Shown here one piece after another: positions 62,252 through 64,000 of a DNA stretch of 64,000 bases. The number at the start of each line of letters is the position of its first letter. Within the stretch, counting starts at the first letter, position 1. The stretch spans positions 736,001 through 800,000 of the forward strand of contig OZ242376.1 of NCBI GenBank assembly GCA_965209085.1. Reading direction: 5' to 3'. The DNA is from Nitrosopumilaceae archaeon (lineage in GTDB: Archaea > Thermoproteota > Nitrososphaeria > Nitrososphaerales > Nitrosopumilaceae). The notes under the pieces were generated by a model, which saw only the letters and a list, made by a program, of their open reading frames with translations, searched no databases and was not told the origin of the DNA. The position numbers and the translations under genes were made by a program.

Positions 62252-62476
62252 TTATTGGAATTCATCAGGTGCTTTTATGAAGTCATATTCCGAGTGAATT
62301 TTTTTAAATATTATCCACATCTTTCCTTCAAAAAAAACTACTTGTTTTCCTCCACTTGGCAATCTTTGCACACAATTGTCAACATCAGTACGGGTATTCA
62401 TTGGTAGTATTTCGTGAAATGGTTTCTCGTATTTATACGGGATTATGTCAAAATCCTCCGAATCAGGCATATCCAT
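62252..62476 (-). CDS. Hypothetical protein (74 aa, MDMPDSEDF...)
   Basis: C-terminal part of ORF 62252-62686; the upstream part is translated arm repeat. Confidence 0.4.
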   Translation of the reverse strand: MDMPDSEDFDIIPYKYEKPFHEILPMNTRTDVDNCVQRLPSGGKQVVFFEGKMWIIFKKIHSEYDFIKAPDEFQ

Positions 62477-62494
62477 GATACAGTTTATTGGGCA

Positions 62495-62750
62495 TAATTC
62501 ATAAAATTTATGTTTGATGGCTCTGAAATCCGTGGAGGTTGTGACTAGGTATGAAGTTTCGGGGGTTTTTCTATATGTACTATAAAGTGTGTAAAATTTG
62601 GGGTTGGTGCAACATGCCGAAGTATTATTTGGGATATATACGATCAAAATTTTTCTAAAATGACGATATAATTTTAGATGTGTCAAATTCTTATAACACA
62701 GATCAAATATGATGTTTCAGGGTTTTTTGGAGGATCCACGATCATAATGG
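62495..62750 (+). repeat. Arm repeat, copy 4 (diverged)
   Basis: Colinear with 46076-46250 and with rc 45830-46067. Confidence 0.85.
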
Positions 62751-62951
62751 TGTGGGTAAGCAGGTTAGTCTTGGTAACCACTGCTATGTAATAGAAGATT
62801 ACCCTCACCCATAGTGGGATATTTTTGTTCTGATAGGAATGATCATTTTTGTACAAAATTCCTTTTTCCACATCCAATACATTAAAATCAATTCTCCGAT
62901 CTAACCAACTGCCATTTTTGGATTTTTTCTAGTGATTTACTCCAGCATTTA

Positions 62952-64000
62952 TAGTATAAGAAGTTATTAATTACGTTTAACCACTCTGTAACAAAAATTT
63001 AATCGCTACGTTTAGATCGCACCAGATTTAAGAGCAAATATGACGCGACAGAACAGAATTCCGACAGGCATCGAGTTCATGCCAAACATGAGCATCACAT
63101 ATCTTAGAAATTGTTATGCAAAAGAAAAGATTCCAGTTGCAAAACAGCGTCTTCTGTCATGGATTAAAAGAAAACAGGACAAAACAATGGAGAAGATTGG
63201 CGAGGAGCTTGGCGTAAAAGAGACAACAGTATGCAAATGGCTCATACGGGTAATGGAGGATGGACTAGCCTCAAGATACAACATAAAACGTCTTGGCAGG
63301 GAATGCCATCTTTCAGAAAAACAGCTTGAAAAACTAACAAAGGATCTGATTGCCGGACCTGAAAAATGCGGATATAGTCAGTCCGCATGGTCTACTGTAA
63401 TGGTAACGGATCACATTTGGAAAAAATTCAAGGTACAATATGTCCCACGTTCTGTACAAAATTTACTCAAACGTCTTGGATTTACAATTCAAAAACCCCG
63501 TCAGTACCATCCCAAAGCTGCATCAAAGAGTGAACAGGAACGCTTTAAAAAAAAACTAGGCACATATTGGCACAAAGAGAGGCACACGGAGCAGTAACTG
63601 TATCCATGGATGAGATTCATCTTTACCCAACAACCAATATCCGTAACGCATGGTACCTCATAGGCAGCAAACCCCAAGTTCCATTAGATCCGACCAGACA
63701 CAGAATAACCATGTTTGGAGCTTTAAGCAAGGATTCTTTCATATTCGAGTTTTACGATAAAGCAAACAAAGACAGTCATTTGGATTTTATAAAAATCCTG
63801 GAAAAAGAGTTTGGCCGTGTGACAATAGTGCATGATAATGCATCTTATCATCGCCACCGTGACGTATTTGAATACATCAAATCTAGAAAAGGACGAATCA
63901 GTTTAATTTATCTTCCACCGTATACGCCAGAGCTGAACCCAATAGAAATCCAGTGGCGTGTTTTACGAAAATGCATATCAAATGGGCATTTTGAATCGAT
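62952..64000 (+). mobile_element. IS630-family element, second copy (runs off the window)
   Basis: orfA 63040-63597 identical in protein to 47485-48042. Confidence 0.93.

Overview
Archaeal DNA, most consistent with a Nitrosopumilaceae (Nitrososphaerota/Thaumarchaeota) genome. The heavy IS load, a serpin and giant surface proteins suggest a host-associated lineage such as a sponge symbiont (inference). Core blocks at 1-14.3 kb and 21.5-34.9 kb carry smc, TBP, map, glycosyltransferases, tRNA-Pro, an LLM oxidoreductase, a DinG-like helicase, uvrB-uvrA-uvrC and a Met-rich cupredoxin. Two accessory regions interrupt them. (1) A 7-kb nested element at 14432-21433 sits entirely inside one split IS (TIRs plus a near-perfect 9-bp TSD) and carries a serpin, an MmeI-like fragment, an IS66 and others. 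(2) An island from about 34960 to the window end holds a 2332-aa secreted metalloprotease-like protein, many IS3/IS5/IS630/IS66 copies and MITEs, and AT-rich candidate defence genes (OLD nuclease, Zn-finger/PD-(D/E)xK protein, HEPN-like protein, TM0106 nuclease, YwgA/Panacea-like operon). The most unusual signal is a family of long non-coding arms built from two motifs. Two arms meet at 46068-46075 as a ~350-bp imperfect palindrome around an 8-bp spacer. That same 8-mer plus an arm marks the island's left border (34963), and a fourth arm lies at ~62.5 kb. These look like the ends of an undescribed site-specific, tandem-integrating element whose enzyme is not in this window. All calls are by eye; no database searches were run.
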